Of a stretch of DNA of 52,969 nucleotides, positions 1 to 9,901 are shown piece after piece. How positions within the stretch are numbered: the stretch's first letter is position 1; the number at the start of each line of letters is the position of its first letter. The stretch lies in assembly GCA_947626335.1 (NCBI GenBank), contig CANQRY010000004.1:1-52969 (forward strand), given 5' to 3'. The position numbers and the translations under genes are program-made. The DNA is from an uncultured Clostridia bacterium. Lineage in GTDB: Bacteria; Bacillota; Clostridia; TANB77; CAG-508. The notes beneath the pieces are model-generated. The model ran no database searches. It was not told the DNA's origin and saw nothing but the letters and a program-made list of their open reading frames with translations.

Positions 1-83
1 TGTTGGTATAAAAGTATATAAACGGGTTTATAGGTAAATCCCATTTTAAAAACCTAAATATATTATACAAGAAGGAATATTAT

Positions 84-542
84 ATGAGTAAAGAAATGAA
101 AATTACACTTGGTATTGCTGCTATTGTATTATTAGTATTTGCTATTTTATTTGCAATATATGCAAACAATAAGTCTGAGCCAATGAACTCAAATACACAT
201 TTAGGAACTATTGTAGATGATCCAAATAACGGGCTTCAAAATATGCTTGGAAACATATTTGATGAAGAAAATGAAACTGAAAATACTAATTCAGCAAACA
301 GTAATAGCGAAGTAGAAGAAGATATAACAAATGGCGATACCATGACAGCAAAAGAAACAAAAGCAATTAGTTTAGTAAAAAAAGAATGGATAAAAAAATA
401 TGGTAGTACTGATGACGTATCTTTTAGTGTGAGCATTCAAAATGATGGCAAATATGGAGTAACAGTATATGACACAACCACAACTAAATCTATTCAATTT
501 TATATTGTAGATGTTGATACAGAAATAGTTACCGAAAGATAG
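84..542 (+). CDS. Hypothetical membrane-anchored protein
   Basis: 152 aa ORF; N-terminal hydrophobic helix, acidic/Asn-rich linker, small C-terminal domain; AAGGA RBS upstream. Confidence 0.75.
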   Translation: MSKEMKITLGIAAIVLLVFAILFAIYANNKSEPMNSNTHLGTIVDDPNNGLQNMLGNIFDEENETENTNSANSNSEVEEDITNGDTMTAKETKAISLVKKEWIKKYGSTDDVSFSVSIQNDGKYGVTVYDTTTTKSIQFYIVDVDTEIVTER

Positions 543-669
543 TGCTTGAAAAATAATTACAATTTTGGCGTCGTCAAACTTTATTTAAAATTTATAAGGC
601 GTACAAAAAGTACACTTCATAAATTTTAAACTCGTTTTTCTAACCAAAATTTAACAAGATTTGATACTA
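540..669. repeat. ~130-bp imperfect palindromic element (RPE/MITE-like)
   Basis: Nested inverted repeats: AATTTTGG 561-568/CCAAAATT 644-651, TTTAAAATTTAT 584-595/ATAAATTTTAAA 619-630, GTAC-AAAAA-GTAC apex; ends TAGT...ACTA. Confidence 0.55.
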
Positions 670-685
670 AGAAAGGAAATTAAAA

Positions 686-931
686 ATGGCAGAAAGTAAA
701 ACAAAACTAAATTTTGAAAAATGTATTAAAGATTTAGAGCAAATTGCAAATGAACTAGAAAAAGGCGACTTAGACTTAGAAGAATCAGTTAGCAAATTTG
801 AAGAAGGAATGAAACTATCAAAAAAATGTAACGACTTTTTAGAAAACGCAGAAAAAAGAATTAGTATTTTATTAAAAGATGGAGATAACATAAAAGAAGA
901 AAATTTTATAGAGTCTAATGAGGAAGAATAG
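686..931 (+). CDS. xseB: Exodeoxyribonuclease VII small subunit
   Basis: FE..LEQIANELEKGDLDLEESVSKFEEGMKLSKKC..L..AEKRI signature. Confidence 0.95.
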   Translation: MAESKTKLNFEKCIKDLEQIANELEKGDLDLEESVSKFEEGMKLSKKCNDFLENAEKRISILLKDGDNIKEENFIESNEEE

Positions 932-937
932 AAAATT

Positions 938-1381
938 ATGCAGGGGATTATTAATTTTATACGAGAATACAAATATATAATTGTTCCAATTTTAGTATGG
1001 TTTGGAATACAATTATTTAAGTTTATTTATGATTTAGTTACAACAAAAAAAATAAATTTTAAAAGAATTTTGCAGGCAGGAGGAATGCCAAGTTCTCATA
1101 CAGCAGTTGTAGTTGCATTAACAACAATGGTAGCAAGAGATGTTGGAATAAATTCCCCTTTATTTGGTGTGTCACTTATTTTTTCTTTCATTGTTATGTA
1201 TGATGCAGCAGGAGTAAGACGTGCAGCCGGAAAGCAAGCTAAATTATTAAATAAAATCGTTCAAACACCCGGACTTTCTGGAGTTGAAGTTCAAGAAAAA
1301 TTAGTAGAGGTGTTAGGACATACACCAGTTCAAGTTTTTGTTGGAGCACTTATAGGAATAATAGTTGGATTTATATTCTAA
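938..1381 (+). CDS. Divergent PAP2 family (DUF212) membrane protein
   Basis: GGMPSSH, VMYDAAGVRRAAG and LGHTP motifs. Confidence 0.92.
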   Translation: MQGIINFIREYKYIIVPILVWFGIQLFKFIYDLVTTKKINFKRILQAGGMPSSHTAVVVALTTMVARDVGINSPLFGVSLIFSFIVMYDAAGVRRAAGKQAKLLNKIVQTPGLSGVEVQEKLVEVLGHTPVQVFVGALIGIIVGFIF

Positions 1382-1443
1382 ACTTAAATTTTAATAGTTT
1401 AGAGTTTTAAATACTAAAATTAAATAAAAGAAAGGAGAAAAAT

Positions 1444-3105
1444 ATGGAGGACATAGAAATAGCAAGAAACACAAAATTAGAACATATTACAAAAATTGCA
1501 GATTCACTTAATTTGCAAGAGGAGGATTTAGAATTATATGGAAAATACAAAGCAAAAATTTCTCCTGATGTTTACAAAAGATTAAAAGACAAAAAAAATG
1601 GAAAATTAGTTTTAGTAACTGCAATAAACCCAACTCCGTTAGGAGAGGGAAAAACAACAATGGCAATAGGTTTAGCAGATGGCTTAAGAAAAATAGGTAA
1701 AAATGCAGTTTTAGCATTAAGAGAACCTTCTTTAGGACCTGTTTTTGGAATTAAAGGTGGTGCAACAGGCGGAGGACATAGCCAAATAGCTCCAATGGAA
1801 GATATAAATTTGCATTTTACAGGAGATATTCATGCAATTACATCTGCAAATAATTTGTTATCAAGTATGATAGACAATCACATTTATTTTGGAAATGAGT
1901 TAGAATTTGATAGAGTTGTTTGGAAAAGATGCGTTGATTTAAATGACAGACAATTAAGAGTAGTAGAAACTGGTCTTTCAAAAGAAAAAAATGTTGTACC
2001 AAGAACAGATGGGTTTGATATTTCTGTTGCATCTGAAATTATGGCAATTTTTTGCTTAGCAACAGATATAAATGATTTAAAAAGAAGATTAGGAAATATT
2101 ATAGTAGGTTATACAAAAGAAAATAAACCAATTACAGCAAGAGATTTAAAAGCAGATGGAGCTATGACAGTACTTTTAAAAGATGCAATAAATCCAAACT
2201 TAGTACAAAGTTTAGAGCACACTCCTGCAATAGTACATGGAGGACCATTTGCAAATATTGCACATGGTTGCAATAGTGTAATTGCAACAAAACTTGCATT
2301 AAAGCTAGGCGATTATGTTATTACAGAGGCAGGCTTTGGAGCAGACTTAGGAGCAGAAAAATTCTTAGATATTAAATGCAGAAAAGCAGATTTAAAGCCA
2401 GATGCAGTTGTTTGTGTTGCAACAATTAAAGCATTAAAATATCACGGTGGAATGCCAAAAGAAAACATAAAAGAAGAAAGCATAGAGTACTTAGCAAGAG
2501 GTTTTGAAAACCTAGAAAGACATGTAGACAATTTAAAAAATCGTTATGGATTAAATGTAATTGTTGGAATTAATAAATATACTCATGATACACAAAAAGA
2601 AATTGATTTCTTACAAGAAAAATTAAATGAAAAAGGAATAAGTTTAAGTTTAATAGAAAGCTGGGAAAAAGGCGGAGAAGGTGCTACAGACTTAGCAGAA
2701 AAAATAGTAGAACTAGTAGAAAAACCATATAACTTTACATATGCTTATGAATTAAATGAATCAATAAAAGATAAAATTAAAAAAGTTGCAACTAAAGTTT
2801 ATGGAGCACAAGACGTAGAATATTCAGAAAAAGCATTAGAAAAAATTAAAGAAATAGAAGACTTAGGTTATGGTAATTTTCCAGTTTGTATAGCAAAAAC
2901 ACAATATTCTTTTTCAGATGATGCTACAAATCTAGAGTGCAAAGAACCATTTAATATACATGTTCAAGATATAGCATTAAGAACTGGTGCAGAATTTATT
3001 GTAGCCTTAACAGGAAAAATATTTACAATGCCAGGACTTCCTAAAGTTCCATCAGCAGAAAAAATAGATTTAGATGAAAATGGAAACATTGTGGGCATTT
3101 TCTAA
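1444..3105 (+). CDS. fhs: Formate--tetrahydrofolate ligase
   Basis: TPLGEGKTT, GIKGGATGGG, HGGPFANIAHG, TEAGFGADLGAEKF motifs. Confidence 0.98.
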   Translation: MEDIEIARNTKLEHITKIADSLNLQEEDLELYGKYKAKISPDVYKRLKDKKNGKLVLVTAINPTPLGEGKTTMAIGLADGLRKIGKNAVLALREPSLGPVFGIKGGATGGGHSQIAPMEDINLHFTGDIHAITSANNLLSSMIDNHIYFGNELEFDRVVWKRCVDLNDRQLRVVETGLSKEKNVVPRTDGFDISVASEIMAIFCLATDINDLKRRLGNIIVGYTKENKPITARDLKADGAMTVLLKDAINPNLVQSLEHTPAIVHGGPFANIAHGCNSVIATKLALKLGDYVITEAGFGADLGAEKFLDIKCRKADLKPDAVVCVATIKALKYHGGMPKENIKEESIEYLARGFENLERHVDNLKNRYGLNVIVGINKYTHDTQKEIDFLQEKLNEKGISLSLIESWEKGGEGATDLAEKIVELVEKPYNFTYAYELNESIKDKIKKVATKVYGAQDVEYSEKALEKIKEIEDLGYGNFPVCIAKTQYSFSDDATNLECKEPFNIHVQDIALRTGAEFIVALTGKIFTMPGLPKVPSAEKIDLDENGNIVGIF

Positions 3106-3176
3106 AGTAAAAATGTATAAAAACACCACTTTTGGTTAAAATATGTGTAAAAATAATCAGAAAGTGGTGTATTTTT

Positions 3177-3875
3177 ATGTTTAAAATACAAAAAAATAGA
3201 AAAAAACTAATAATGATGGTTACTATTTTATTTATATTTAGTTTATTCATTTCATATAATATATTTTTTAGAAATAACGAAATAGACGCATTATCAAAAT
3301 ATGGTTCTCGTGGAAATGAAGTAACACAAATACAAACAAAATTAAAAAGATGGGGTTATTATAACGGAAGTATAGATGGAATATATGGAAGTAAAACTCA
3401 AGCAGCTGTAAGATATTTTCAGTCTAAAAATGGATTAACAGTAGATGGAATTGCAGGAACTAAAACATTAGCAGCAATGGGAATTACAAGTTCATCTAAC
3501 AATTCAGGTTCTAGTTCAAATAATTCAAATGACCTAAATTTGCTTACAAGAATAGTTTACGGAGAAGCAAGAGGAGAAAGCTATACAGGGCAAGTAGCAA
3601 TAGCCGCAGTAGTATTAAATAGAGTAAAAAGTAGCAAATTTCCTAATTCTGTAGCAGGGGTTATTTACCAATCAGGAGCATTTACAGCGGTATCAGATGG
3701 ACAAATAAATTTAACTCCAAATGCTACAGCAAAAAAAGCAGCACAAGATGCATTAAATGGCTGGGATCCAACATATGGTGCAATATATTATTTTAATCCA
3801 AATACAGCAACAAACAAATGGATTTGGTCAAGACCAGTAACAGTAGTAATAGGAAAGCACAGATTTTGCAAATAG
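3177..3875 (+). CDS. sleB: Spore cortex-lytic enzyme
   Basis: Signal/TM segment, PG-binding domain (DGIYGSKT..AVRYFQ..NGLTVDGIAG), Hydrolase_2 domain (YGEARGE, AVVLNRV, GKHRF); ATG at 3177 preferred over 3132. Confidence 0.93.
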   Translation: MFKIQKNRKKLIMMVTILFIFSLFISYNIFFRNNEIDALSKYGSRGNEVTQIQTKLKRWGYYNGSIDGIYGSKTQAAVRYFQSKNGLTVDGIAGTKTLAAMGITSSSNNSGSSSNNSNDLNLLTRIVYGEARGESYTGQVAIAAVVLNRVKSSKFPNSVAGVIYQSGAFTAVSDGQINLTPNATAKKAAQDALNGWDPTYGAIYYFNPNTATNKWIWSRPVTVVIGKHRFCK

Positions 3876-3886
3876 TAATCTTCGAG

Positions 3887-3920
3887 AATGGGACTTTTGC
3901 CTTAAAGCAAAAGTCCCATT
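3887..3920. terminator. Bidirectional intrinsic terminator
   Basis: AATGGGACTTTTGC-6-GCAAAAGTCCCATT perfect 14-bp stem between convergent genes. Confidence 0.85.
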
Positions 3921-3927
3921 AAAATGC

Positions 3928-4152
3928 TTATTTATTAGGTTTAGAATATGGTCTTATTTCATCTGTTCTATATATTAAATAATCAACACTAGTATTATAA
4001 AAATCAGCTAGTTTAGATAATAATTCTATAGGAATACTCCTTTTATTTAACTCATAATAAGAATACGCAACTTGAGAAATATTAAGAAATTCACTTAAGC
4101 TTTTTTGCGTAAGATCTTTATCTTCTCTTAAATTCCTAATTCTAGTTTTCAT
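3928..4152 (-). CDS. XRE-family HTH transcriptional regulator
   Basis: IRNLREDKDLTQ..LS..LNISQ..YSYYE...R..P...L..LADFYNTSVDYL. Confidence 0.93.
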   Translation of the reverse strand: MKTRIRNLREDKDLTQKSLSEFLNISQVAYSYYELNKRSIPIELLSKLADFYNTSVDYLIYRTDEIRPYSKPNK

Positions 4153-4174
4153 TTCAAACTCCTTTTATATACCT

Positions 4175-4267
4175 AAATATGTTTTATATTTAAAAAGATT
4201 TAATATTATAAAAAATTATAAAATAAAACATAATGTTATATTGACTTTTAAAACATATTGTTATAAA
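4175..4267. promoter_or_regulatory. Probable XRE operator repeats around a sigma-A promoter
   Basis: TAAAACATAATGTTATA 4224-4240 and TAAAACATATTGTTATA 4249-4265 flank TTGACT 4241-4246; partial inverted copy at 4175-4186. Confidence 0.6.
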
Positions 4268-4302
4268 ACTTAAAATAGAATATAAGAAAAGAGGTATATA
4301 TT

Positions 4303-5397
4303 ATGAAAAAACAAAAGAAAAACAAATCAATAAACATTAAAGAAGCAAACTTATATCAAAAGACAAAAACAAATAAAAATGGCATAACACTAATTGCTTT
4401 AGTTGTAACTATAGTAGTACTTCTAATACTTGCAGGAGTAACCATAACCTTTGTAATAGGTGAAGGCGGAATACTAGATATGGCAAAACAAGCAGCAGAA
4501 AAAACGAACCAAGCAATAGCAAATGAACAAGGAGACATTACAAACTTAACAGATGAAATAGATAAAGTATTAGGAACATATGTTAATAGAGATATCTATG
4601 TATTTTTATATAATGATGGAACTTTAACTTTTGGAACACAAAATACTCAAACAGAAGAAAAAGAATTACTAAAATCATATGGTAATATAAAGAATATAAT
4701 ATTTCAAGATGAAAAAGATATGCCATGGCATGATGAACTAGAAAAAATTACGAAAGTAGATTTTTTAGATGAAATTCATCCAGTGAATATGAGACACTGG
4801 TTTGCTAATTGTTCTAAATTAACCGAAATTCAACATATAGAAAATTTGAATACAAGCGATGTTACATCTATGGCCAGCTTGTTTTATAATTGTTCTAGTT
4901 TAAAAGAATTAGATGTAAGTCATTTTAAAACCGATAATGTCGTAGATGGATTTTTTCTATTTAATGGTTGCTCTGAACTAGAAAATTTAGACGTTTCAGG
5001 TTTTAATACAAGCAATTTTAGAACAATGGAGGGAATGTTTGCAGGCTGTAAAAAGCTGAAATTTTTAAATTTGAAAAATTTTAACACAGAAAGAGTAACA
5101 CATATGTTAAATATGTTTCACAGTTGTTATGAATTAAAAGACATTGATTTAAGCGGATTTAGTACACAAGAACTAATTAATGCATGTGGAATGTTCTACG
5201 ATTGCCGTGAATTAACAAGTTTAGATTTAACCTCTTTTGATACAAGTAATTTGACAGATTATTATGGTATTTTCATTGGTTGTAGTAAGCTCACAACAAT
5301 TAATGTAGGCGAAAAATGGAAATTAACCGATGAAGAATGTAATTCTAATGCGGTATTTTCAGGATGTGGAACACAAAGCGTCACAATGAAAAACTAA
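4303..5397 (+). CDS. Pilin-like N-terminus fused to BspA/DUF285-type leucine-rich repeat surface protein
   Basis: Basic leader then G|ITLIALVVTIVVLLILAG; ~26-aa repeats of the type LDLSGFNTSNVxxMxxMFxxCxxL. Confidence 0.85.
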   Translation: MKKQKKNKSINIKEANLYQKTKTNKNGITLIALVVTIVVLLILAGVTITFVIGEGGILDMAKQAAEKTNQAIANEQGDITNLTDEIDKVLGTYVNRDIYVFLYNDGTLTFGTQNTQTEEKELLKSYGNIKNIIFQDEKDMPWHDELEKITKVDFLDEIHPVNMRHWFANCSKLTEIQHIENLNTSDVTSMASLFYNCSSLKELDVSHFKTDNVVDGFFLFNGCSELENLDVSGFNTSNFRTMEGMFAGCKKLKFLNLKNFNTERVTHMLNMFHSCYELKDIDLSGFSTQELINACGMFYDCRELTSLDLTSFDTSNLTDYYGIFIGCSKLTTINVGEKWKLTDEECNSNAVFSGCGTQSVTMKN

Positions 5398-5611
5398 ATT
5401 TTTTTAAATTTCCTATGTTAATTAGAATATGACTTTATCAGCTTTGGTATGCAAACATAAAAAAGACTTTGTAATAGAAGAGAAAATAAATAGCTATATA
5501 AAACTCCATTATGAATGGAGTTTTTTAGTGCAAAAAAATCTTCTCCTTGACAAAAGTTAAACGTATTGATAATATAATGAAAGAAAATTACGTAAAAAAA
5601 TTGGAGGCAAC

Positions 5612-6115
5612 ATGATACTATATCCAAAACTTTATTTAAATAATGTAAAAGAAATTACAATTTCATTATTAAATAAATATAATATAAAAGGTTTAATTTT
5701 AGACGTAGATAATACTTTAATAGATTATGATAAAAATTTACTAGAAGGCTTAGAACTTTGGGCAGAAGACTTAAAATTGCAAGGAATAAAACTATGCATA
5801 TTATCAAACACAAATAACAAACAAAAAGTAGAAAAAGTAGCAAATGCTTTAAAAATACCATACATATACTTTGCGCAAAAACCTTTAAAAAAAGGTTTTA
5901 AAAAAGCAATACAAAAATTAGACTTGCCAGCAGAAAACATAGCATCAGTTGGAGACCAAATTTTAACAGATGTTATAGGCGCAAACAGAAGCAAAGTATT
6001 TTCTATTTTAGTAAAACCAATAGACGAAAAAGACTTGTTTATAACAAAAATAAAAAGACCATTAGAAAGCATTATAATTAAAAAATATCAAAAATCTATT
6101 CAAAAAAATAAATGA
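5612..6115 (+). CDS. yqeG: YqeG family HAD IIIA phosphatase
   Basis: DVDNTL, LSN, KP, VGDQILTDVIGANR motifs. Confidence 0.92.
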   Translation: MILYPKLYLNNVKEITISLLNKYNIKGLILDVDNTLIDYDKNLLEGLELWAEDLKLQGIKLCILSNTNNKQKVEKVANALKIPYIYFAQKPLKKGFKKAIQKLDLPAENIASVGDQILTDVIGANRSKVFSILVKPIDEKDLFITKIKRPLESIIIKKYQKSIQKNK

Positions 6116-6175
6116 AAATTCAAAAGAAAAAGAAAGCTTATCAAAAGTTTTTTCAAAACAAAGGAGTAAACAAAA

Positions 6176-6922
6176 ATGTATATAAACGATATTCACATTT
6201 TAATATATGTACTAGTAGGATTAATTGGGCTAGCCGTAGGCCAATTTATAGATTTAGTAAATAAAGCATTACCAGAAGAAAAAAAAGTTTTTTCAAAACA
6301 ATTTTTTAAAGAATATTTAAAAAATTGTAAGCCAAACTATTTATTGATGATAATAACATGCATTATATATTTGGTGCTTTTATATGAATTTAAAATATCA
6401 TTAAACTTTTTCAAATATGCTATTTTAGCGCCAATGTTACTATCAGTATTTTGTATTGATTTAAAACTTCAAATAATTCCAAATAGATTAAACTTAACAT
6501 TATTTGAAACAGGACTTATTTTTACATTTATCTCAGTACTAGCAGATACAACAATTGGCCTAAATACACTTATAAACAGCCTAATTGGAATGGTAGTAGG
6601 TGGAGGAATATTTTTGCTAATAAACCTAATAGGAGGTCTAATTGCAGGAAAAGAGGCAATGGGCTTTGGAGATGTTAAGCTAATGGGAGCATTAGGACTA
6701 TTTTTTGGATGGTTTCCAATTGCCATTATTTCAGTACTTGCTTTCCTTTTAGCTGCAGTTATAAGTATTGGAATTTTAATTTCAAGAAAAAAGCAAATAA
6801 GCGAATATATTCCATTTGGACCATTTATAGTTTTAGCTAGTTTTATTGTAATATTTACACCATTTGATTTACTGCTTACAATTGTATTTAAAATTTTTAC
6901 TTTAGGAATGTACAAAGGTTAA
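6176..6922 (+). CDS. Prepilin peptidase (A24), lacking the N-terminal Zn-Cys cluster
   Basis: IDLK..IIPN and MGFGDVKL catalytic Asp motifs, IPFGPF; no CxxC pairs. Confidence 0.9.
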   Translation: MYINDIHILIYVLVGLIGLAVGQFIDLVNKALPEEKKVFSKQFFKEYLKNCKPNYLLMIITCIIYLVLLYEFKISLNFFKYAILAPMLLSVFCIDLKLQIIPNRLNLTLFETGLIFTFISVLADTTIGLNTLINSLIGMVVGGGIFLLINLIGGLIAGKEAMGFGDVKLMGALGLFFGWFPIAIISVLAFLLAAVISIGILISRKKQISEYIPFGPFIVLASFIVIFTPFDLLLTIVFKIFTLGMYKG

Positions 6923-6954
6923 TATAAATAAAAAGTTGGTAGGTGAATTAAAAT

Positions 6955-8046
6955 ATGAATTCAAAAATTAAATGGCTAAAAGAAAAAATTAGAGGACTAA
7001 ATATGCAAGGAATGATAGTTTCAAATCCAGTTAATGTAGAATACTTAACTGGAATTAAAGCAGAGGGAGTTTTACTAATTACTAGAAAAGAAAATTACTA
7101 CATAACAGATAGTAGATATCTAGAAGAAGTACAGTCAATTTTAACAATAGATGATGAAATTATTGTGTGCAATGCAGCAGACATTACAGACTACGAATAT
7201 GAAAACTTTTTCTCATTTTGCGAAAATGTAGGATTTGAAGAAAACTATATCACTTACGCAACATACAAAAAATACATGCAAAGATACAAAGCAAATAACC
7301 TAGAAGAAACAGAAGGAATACTTGAAAAGCAAAGAATGATTAAAGATGAAACAGAACTTGAATATTTAAAAAAAGCTTGCAGTTTAACAGATAGCTGTTT
7401 TAGTCATTTAATAAATTATATAAAAATAGGAATGACAGAAAAAGAAGTAGCACGTGAAATAGAAAATTACTTTTTTGAAAATGGAGCTGATGGACTTTCT
7501 TTTGAAACCATTGTAGCATCAGGCAAAAATTCGTCAAAACCACATGCCAAAGCAACAGATAAAAAAATAGAAGCAGGAGATCCAATTACAATAGATTTTG
7601 GTTGCAAATATAAAGGCTACTGCTCAGACATGACAAGAACAATTTTTGCAGGATTTGTGCCAGAAAAAATTAAGCCAGTATACGATTTAGTACTTAAAAA
7701 TCAAATTCAAACTTTAAAAGAAATGAAAGAAGGTTCAGAAATTAGAATTCTAACTAGAAATGTAGATAATGATTTCAAATTACATGGCTATAGCTTAGTG
7801 CATAGCTTAGGCCACGGAGTTGGACTAGAAATTCATGAACAACCAGTTTTGAGTTTAAAAAATGATAGTACACTTAAAGCAAACATGGTAATAACTAATG
7901 AACCAGGAATTTACATTCCAGGCGAATTTGGAGTTAGAATAGAAGATACTTTGCAAATTACAAAATCTGGTTGCATAAATTTAACAAAATCTGATAAGAA
8001 TTATATTATAGTAGATAAATTAGAAAGAGAAAACATAAAATCTTAA
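6955..8046 (+). CDS. Xaa-Pro aminopeptidase (M24)
   Basis: DFG...GYCSDMTRT, HSLGHGVGLEIHE, TNEPGIY..GVRIED. Confidence 0.95.
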   Translation: MNSKIKWLKEKIRGLNMQGMIVSNPVNVEYLTGIKAEGVLLITRKENYYITDSRYLEEVQSILTIDDEIIVCNAADITDYEYENFFSFCENVGFEENYITYATYKKYMQRYKANNLEETEGILEKQRMIKDETELEYLKKACSLTDSCFSHLINYIKIGMTEKEVAREIENYFFENGADGLSFETIVASGKNSSKPHAKATDKKIEAGDPITIDFGCKYKGYCSDMTRTIFAGFVPEKIKPVYDLVLKNQIQTLKEMKEGSEIRILTRNVDNDFKLHGYSLVHSLGHGVGLEIHEQPVLSLKNDSTLKANMVITNEPGIYIPGEFGVRIEDTLQITKSGCINLTKSDKNYIIVDKLERENIKS

Positions 8047-8136
8047 AAAGAGCAAAAACACTTGATTTTACGCAAAATTGGGTGTATAATAATATAGTGT
8101 TTTAAAAATAAACGAAATTTGAAAGGGGAAATTTTT

Positions 8137-8703
8137 ATGGCAGAAGTATATATGGCAGGAGATTTTAGAAATGGAACAACATTCGAAATGGATGGAAACG
8201 TATTTAAAGTAGTAGAATTCCAACACGTAAAACCAGGAAAAGGATCAGCATTTGTTAGAACAAAACTAAAAAATGTTATTTCAGGAGCAGTTATTGAAAA
8301 AACTTTTAACCCTTCTGAAAAATATCCAGCGGCAGAAATTGAAAAAAGAGAAATGCAATATTTATATAGTGATAGCGATATTTACTATTTTATGGATAAC
8401 GAAACATATGAACAATTACCACTTAATAAAGACCAACTTGGTGATAGTTTAAAATTCTTAAAAGAAAATATGAATGTTAAAATTTTATCATATAAAGGAC
8501 ACGTATTTTCAGTAGAACCACCAATGTTCGTTGAATTAGAAGTTACATATACAGAACCAGGTTTTGCTGGTAACACAACAACAACTTCAGGAAAACCAGC
8601 AACACTAGAAAATGGTTATGAAATTTCAGTTCCAATGTTTGTAAATATTGGAGATGTTATTCGTATAGATACAAGAACTGGCGAGTATATGGAAAGAGTT
8701 TAA
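8137..8703 (+). CDS. efp: Elongation factor P
   Basis: [27 protein letters not shown]; ATG 8137 follows a GGGG RBS. Confidence 0.98.
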   Translation: MAEVYMAGDFRNGTTFEMDGNVFKVVEFQHVKPGKGSAFVRTKLKNVISGAVIEKTFNPSEKYPAAEIEKREMQYLYSDSDIYYFMDNETYEQLPLNKDQLGDSLKFLKENMNVKILSYKGHVFSVEPPMFVELEVTYTEPGFAGNTTTTSGKPATLENGYEISVPMFVNIGDVIRIDTRTGEYMERV

Positions 8704-8721
8704 TTGGAAGGATAATAAGCT

Positions 8722-9252
8722 ATGTCAGACTTTAAAAATCGTTATAAAGAAATTTTAAATGACTTAAAAGATAATATCAAAGACGAAAAACAAAAAAATT
8801 TTGTTATTGGTAAATTTCAAGAACTTTCTATTATGTTTATGGACATAATAGACCGCTTAACATATATTACAGATATTAGAGTTAAAGAGGTAGAAGATAA
8901 ACAAAAAGAAATAGAAAGTAAAATAGGCAAAGTTCAAAAAGCAGTTGATGGAATTGAAAGCGATATTTATGAGGGAGACGAAGCCTATGAATTCGAAATA
9001 ACATGCCCATATTGTGGTAACGAATTTGTAACCGATATAAACAGCGATTCAGAAGCTGAAGTAGAATGCCCAGAATGTCATAATATAATAGAATTAGACT
9101 GGAATATAGATGAAGAATCTGAAGAACATGATTGCCCACATTGTAATCGTGAATGCTTGAAAAACCAAGCATTAACTTATGACGACGAGAGCATAGATGA
9201 AGAAGATGATGATAAAAAAACAGATGAAGACGACGAAGACGAAGATATGTAA
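8722..9252 (+). CDS. CD1247-like zinc-ribbon protein with acidic tail
   Basis: Coiled N-terminus, CPYC/CPEC/CPHC motifs, Asp/Glu tail; directly downstream of efp. Confidence 0.7.
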   Translation: MSDFKNRYKEILNDLKDNIKDEKQKNFVIGKFQELSIMFMDIIDRLTYITDIRVKEVEDKQKEIESKIGKVQKAVDGIESDIYEGDEAYEFEITCPYCGNEFVTDINSDSEAEVECPECHNIIELDWNIDEESEEHDCPHCNRECLKNQALTYDDESIDEEDDDKKTDEDDEDEDM

Positions 9253-9257
9253 AAAAA

Positions 9258-9853
9258 TTATTTAAACAAATCTAAAGGGTTAATGTATTCATTATTAACT
9301 CGAACACCTAAATGTAAATGAGGTCCAGTAGTGGCGCCATTGGTAGGATTACCATTGGCGTCTTTATATTGGTTACCGAGGAACACCATAAACATTTTTA
9401 GGCCCAACATATCCAATTATATCTCCTTTTTTTACAATGTCACCGTACTTTAACAATATAGTTTGGAGAAACATGGCAATATGTAATTTTCATATTATTA
9501 ACAGATAAAGTAATAGTGTAACCACCACCGCCCAAAAAACCAGTAAAAGTTATTTTTCCATCACAAACAGCAAGAAATTTACTTCCTTTAGGTGCGCCAA
9601 TATCAATTCCTTTATGATAAGTTGTAGCGCCAGCAGTAGGTGAGCTTCTTTTTCCAAAATACGAATTTATTGTGGTATACCCAGGTGTGGGCCAAATGTA
9701 ATCGCTACTTAAATCAAGTGTATAATAAGTATCATCTGTATTAAAAGAAGAGTTACCTAAAATGCTAGGACCAAAAAAACAAGAAATAAAAATAATGAGA
9801 AAACTTAAAAAAGCAAAAATATAAGTAAAGGGCTTAAAAAAACTACTAGACAT
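9258..9853 (-). CDS. M23 family peptidase needing two +1 shifts at CGG (recoded gene or pseudogene)
   Basis: HKGIDIG (HxxxD) and YCH in the first frame; omitting the minus-strand C at 9445 and at 9378 gives VKVGDIVKKGDIIGYVG...GATTGPHLHLGVRVNNEYINPLDLFK*. Confidence 0.88.
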
Positions 9854-9901
9854 TATAACCTCCATTCTAGTAGCCCCTAATTTATCTTTTTAAAATAAAA
9901 T

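Noticed and set aside
2-83. Possible fourth CGG site at the window edge (AAA-CGG-GTT-TAT-AGG-TAA; skipping C23 opens a frame running into the ORF at 84)
   Set aside because: The upstream gene is outside the window, so the true frame cannot be established.
8551-8600. EF-P domain 3 loop reads GNT rather than GDT; tempting link to frameshifting
   Set aside because: To my knowledge GNT also occurs in ordinary clostridial EF-Ps; nothing here ties it to the CGG sites.
9270-9440. GC-richer intergenic tract that looked like an ncRNA
   Set aside because: Explained as the frameshifted C-terminal coding region of the M23 peptidase on the minus strand.
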